From an uncultured Spirochaetota bacterium (GTDB taxonomy: Bacteria > Spirochaetota > Brevinematia > Brevinematales > JAOACQ01): DNA of 64,000 nucleotides. Position numbers and translations under genes: made by a program. The stretch covers positions 864,001 through 928,000 of the forward strand of contig CAWIGG010000004.1 in assembly GCA_963835575.1 (NCBI GenBank). Direction: 5' to 3'. Positions 61,001 to 64,000 of this stretch are shown here, piece after piece; positions within the stretch are counted from its first letter, which is position 1; each line of letters starts with the position of its first letter. The notes below the pieces were generated by a model. It did not search any database. It worked only from the letters and a program-made list of their open reading frames with translations, and was not told where the DNA came from.

Positions 61001-63205
61001 CATTAGATTTAATTCCGCGAATTTCAGCTTTTCATCGGGGTCTGATACAAGCCGGATCCCTTTATTGATCTGATCGACGATATAAAAAATCTTTTCGTAT
61101 AGATATTTTTCTTCGGTTTTTTGGAGAACGCTTTTACCGATCAGGTAGTGCAATTGCGTCTTTTCATCGTCTTCCATGAGAGAATAAGCGGCTTCCTGTA
61201 TCCGGTCATGATGAAATTTATAGGCGTTTCCATGCAGACTGACCAGATCTTCATTAATGGCGGATGTGAGATCGGCCAGGGTTGCTTCGATCGATTTTCC
61301 GGAAACAATGGACAGCGACTCAAGATCAAACCGGTTCCCGATGCATGCGCATATTTTCAATATATCCTGGGTGTTTTTGGGGAGACTGGAGATTTTCCCC
61401 GCCATAAATTCTACAACATTACCGGTGACCTGCATTTCTTCAATCTTATTTATGTCCCATTCCCAGCCGGTCTGGGGGTTTAATTCCAGGATCCGGTTGT
61501 CATAAATCGTTTTTAAAAATTGAATCACGAAAAACGGGTTTCCGCCGGTTTTCTTGTGGATCAGCCCTGTCAGGGGCATTGATTTTTCCGCTTCACAGCG
61601 GAGGATTTTTGTTATCATGATATTTATGAATTTCTCTTCCAGCGGGTTGAGAAGTATTTTATTGACTTTTTTTCCGCTTTTTTGAATTTCATCGATGTTA
61701 ATCGAAAGCGAATGATACTCGCTGACTTCATTATCCCGGTATGCTCCGATCAGAAACAGAAATTTTGTGTCCCGGTTCGTTATGATGGTTTTCAGCAGCT
61801 TTAAACTCGCCAGATCGGCCCATTGAATGTCATCCAAAAAAATGGCCAGGGGATGGTCTTCGGCAGTAAAAACATTGATAAAATTTTGAAACACCAGGTT
61901 GAATCTGTTTTGAGATTCTTCCGGTCCGAGTACAGGCACTTCAGGCTGTTTGCCGATAATAAGCTCCAGCTCCGGTATAACGGATGTGATGACTCTTCCG
62001 TTCGGGCCGAGGGAAGAGAGCAGCTTTTCTTTCCATTCGGTAATTCTCTCTTCGCTTTCGGCAATTATCTGCCTGATAAGGCTCTGGAATGCTTGAATGA
62101 TGGAACTGTACGGAACGCCTTTTCTGAGTTGTTCGTATTTGCCGAAGATAAAATATCCCTTTCTTGCCACGATGGGTTTATGTATTTCATTAATCAGGGC
62201 GGATTTTCCGATGCCCGGATGTCCCAAAACAAGAATCATCTCCCCGGATCCTTTGCCGGCCGTTTCGAAGGCTTCCATCAAAATCTCGAGTTCTTTTTCC
62301 CGGCCGACAATGATTTGAGGGATGTTTAATTTTAATGAAATATCCTTTGTTCCGAGGGGGAATTCGTCAATCTGGCCTTTCTGATGTATCTGATTTAAGC
62401 AGGCGCTTATGTCCTCTTTTAAACCAAGGCTGTTTTGATATCTTTCCTCCGGCGTCTTTGACAGCAGCTTCATTATAATATCTGAAATGACGGCCGGTAC
62501 GGCAGGATTCAATTCCTTGGGCGGCCGCGGCTGACGCGCGATATGCGAATGAATGATTTCCATAGGGTCTTTTGATTTGAATGGGACCTCGCCGGTCAGC
62601 ATTTCATAAAAGGCTATTCCGAGCGAATACAGGTCAGTCCTGTAATCGACGCTTCGGTTCATCCTGCCGGTTTGCTCCGGAGACATATAATAAAGCGTTC
62701 CCTGTATGACATCGGGGTTGTATATTTCATCATTGGAATGCGTTAAAACTGTTGAAATCCCGAAATCGGTGATTTTGACCTTGCCTTCCTTCAGATTGAT
62801 CAGAATATTATCCGGCTTAATATCCAGGTGAATAATATTGTTTTTATGAAGTATTCCGAGGCTGTCGGATAGTTTTAATGCAATCTGCAGGAAGGCGATG
62901 ATATTGATTTTTTTTGTTTTGATGAGTTCTTTTAAGGAAATTCCGTCGAAATCCTCTTCAATGATGGCATAGGCGTCATGATACTTAACCAGATCGTATG
63001 TTTTGATAATTCCGTCCACATTGAGATTTTTTACCAGGCTGTATTCCTGCTTGAACCTGGCGACTTCCGAAGGCGTGGGGTATTTGGTTTTCAGAACCTT
63101 AATAATGACGGTATTGGCTTCATTCTCTTTTTTACCGCGGTAAATAATGGAGTTTCTTGTTTCATGAATTTTTTCCTGGAGGGTGTATTCCGAAAATTTT
63201 TCCAT
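58043..63205 (-). CDS. Ser/Thr kinase/AAA ATPase/GAF/SpoIIE (PP2C) phosphatase
   Basis: HLDIKPDN..DFG, GHPGIGKS, LDDIQWAD, GAF, VGGDYYD, GDVSGHG, FTDG, DDVS. Confidence 0.92.
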   Translation of the reverse strand: MEKFSEYTLQEKIHETRNSIIYRGKKENEANTVIIKVLKTKYPTPSEVARFKQEYSLVKNLNVDGIIKTYDLVKYHDAYAIIEEDFDGISLKELIKTKKINIIAFLQIALKLSDSLGILHKNNIIHLDIKPDNILINLKEGKVKITDFGISTVLTHSNDEIYNPDVIQGTLYYMSPEQTGRMNRSVDYRTDLYSLGIAFYEMLTGEVPFKSKDPMEIIHSHIARQPRPPKELNPAVPAVISDIIMKLLSKTPEERYQNSLGLKEDISACLNQIHQKGQIDEFPLGTKDISLKLNIPQIIVGREKELEILMEAFETAGKGSGEMILVLGHPGIGKSALINEIHKPIVARKGYFIFGKYEQLRKGVPYSSIIQAFQSLIRQIIAESEERITEWKEKLLSSLGPNGRVITSVIPELELIIGKQPEVPVLGPEESQNRFNLVFQNFINVFTAEDHPLAIFLDDIQWADLASLKLLKTIITNRDTKFLFLIGAYRDNEVSEYHSLSINIDEIQKSGKKVNKILLNPLEEKFINIMITKILRCEAEKSMPLTGLIHKKTGGNPFFVIQFLKTIYDNRILELNPQTGWEWDINKIEEMQVTGNVVEFMAGKISSLPKNTQDILKICACIGNRFDLESLSIVSGKSIEATLADLTSAINEDLVSLHGNAYKFHHDRIQEAAYSLMEDDEKTQLHYLIGKSVLQKTEEKYLYEKIFYIVDQINKGIRLVSDPDEKLKFAELNLMAGKKAKNSTAYASAAAYLKTGIELLPDDGWENHYQLAYSLHMERMECEYLTHVFNEAERIFQTIIDNANSNVDKANAYNTMVILYTSQGNYMEALKVGYEGLKMIGIKLPKKASNGMILMQLLRLYFTLGRRKIEDIINIPLTTDPEILAYHFLRNSINLVLYFIDANLYSYSVIGGAINVLKYGNYESSPFTLSALGSIIGSGIGLYDQGYRFGETALKLKEKIASVRNRCRIELAFAMMIQHWKGHAKYDLDYYREAYKHGLEEGDLLYSGHAINLLIMTRLMLGDNIDEILEEYGKYKDFLMGSKDPFVAHAYIEKTQQCLCLKGLTDERGRLNSGEFDEEKQIQYYREEKNLLGVYYLSLALISARYLFGKHSECLPFVFELDQLAEKKIAIGNLHIAEANFYSSLVLTSLYPDAGDGEKKKYEKIIKNNQKKMKIWADNCHENFLHKYLIIEAELAQLKGNLKLSLSLYDQAIKSAHENGYKQNEAIAYERAALLMLRTLNLERAGNYMKEAHYCYKRWGAEAKLKDIEEKYPELISNIMRNTSSLASVADTGSNSGSSSSGSRSLDLTTVIKTSQSLSGEIDLGKLLMNIMKLSIENAGAQRGFLILENKSDNKLYIEAAGRIEEAAEVLQSVPVEGNSSFSVSIVNYVNKTGENIVLSDASGDEQFINDPYINKNHPKSILCTPIRYKGITAGILYLENNLTTHAFTPERLELLQILSTQAAISIENSRLVALRENAAKLETEMKIAATIQSALLPDSPSIEGFDITVYMKPTSDVGGDYYDVINSGSKSWVIIGDVSGHGVPAGLVMMMVQTTIQALVRKYPDLKPSDLLSTVNEAIKYNMNKMNEDKYMTITAFSIGKDGKAVYSGLHQDIIVYRSSSGTVETTPSEGIWLSPWDMNQQNIDCELNLNPGDILLLFTDGITEARNKEGVMFSEEKLAEILKNSGRLRPNDIKDKILEDLQGYKKNDDVSLVILKKM

Positions 63206-63462
63206 AATTTTCCCCTTGTTTGATATCAAGATTAATCATGTGATGGAGCCTTAGAAACAAATTAAATGATTTTTGAATTATGCGCAGTTAATTTTTAAAG
63301 TCTGTATTTCTTGATAAGAGATTTTATATTCCAATTAAAAATATAGCAATAGCTAAATTTTAAATAATCATGACAATCAGGGAATTCAAAAAACGCTGAA
63401 ATTCTCGGGGACGATCGATTTTTCTGGCAAAAATATTCGGGTTGGTTTTTCTTCGGTAAGTT

Positions 63463-64000
63463 TTACCAATTCTCGTTCTTATAAATCAGCGACATAAACT
63501 CGCTGCGCGTCGTGTGCGACGTCCGGAAGCCGCCCAGAACGGAAGAGGTGATCATGTTCGAATTCTGCTTTTCCACGCCGCGCATCATCATGCAGAGGTG
63601 GCGCGCTTCGATGACAACGCCGACGCCTTCCGTGTCGATCGAGTCGTAAACCGCGCGGGCGATCTGGTCCGTCAGGCGCTCCTGGATCTGAAGGCGGCGG
63701 GAATACATGTCGACGATCCTGGCGAGTTTGCTGGCGCCGAGTACCTTCCCCTTGGCGATATAGCCGATATGGCAGCGGCCGAAAAAGGGCAGCATATGGT
63801 GCTCGCACATGCTGTATAGTTCGATGTCTTTTATTATGATCATATTGTTGGTTTCCTGCTGGAAGATGGCCTTATTGATAACTTTTTTTAAATCGGTTTT
63901 ATATCCGGAAGTCAGAAACTTAATTGATTCGGCAAAACGGTGAGGCGTTTTCAAAAGTCCCTGCCTGTCCGGGTCCTCGCCCATCTCAATGATCAACTCG
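63463..64000 (-). CDS. folE: GTP cyclohydrolase I (5' end outside window)
   Basis: [45 protein letters not shown]. Confidence 0.96.
   Translation of the reverse strand, partial: ELIIEMGEDPDRQGLLKTPHRFAESIKFLTSGYKTDLKKVINKAIFQQETNNMIIIKDIELYSMCEHHMLPFFGRCHIGYIAKGKVLGASKLARIVDMYSRRLQIQERLTDQIARAVYDSIDTEGVGVVIEARHLCMMMRGVEKQNSNMITSSVLGGFRTSHTTRSEFMSLIYKNENW

Overview
Chromosomal window from an anaerobic Gram-negative bacterium (possibly a spirochaete; weak inference from gene content). Core or metabolic genes: lemA with a TPM-domain gene, ABC-F, cysS, a GH26/GH-A/GT2 polysaccharide cluster, a TolC-MacAB-type exporter, an MFS transporter, a four-gene NAD(P)-linked [FeFe]-hydrogenase, an Ehr (Hyf-like, Ni-ligand-less) membrane complex, typA and folE. 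AT-rich accessory genes are interspersed: AAA ATPases, a Ser/Thr kinase, a type IIG/IIL-like restriction-modification enzyme, and HicAB and RelE/HigA toxin-antitoxin pairs, plus a duplicated GC-rich THUMP RNA methyltransferase. The most striking non-coding signals are: (1) families of 8-9-nt-periodic repeats that occur as nested inverted pairs, either empty or bracketing accessory genes, including a 9.4 kb defence block; (2) a 28/30 bp duplication of the folE 3' end bracketing two giant kinase-AAA-GAF signalling genes; (3) a conserved portable sigma70 promoter in front of three unrelated accessory genes; (4) large structured repeats around hicAB; (5) a promoter-driven ~135 nt rod-shaped RNA candidate. 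Two single-base frameshifts (hydrogenase beta subunit, RM gene) may be assembly errors. No rRNA, tRNA, CRISPR array, integrase or transposase was recognised. Family assignments come from motif recognition only; no searches were run.
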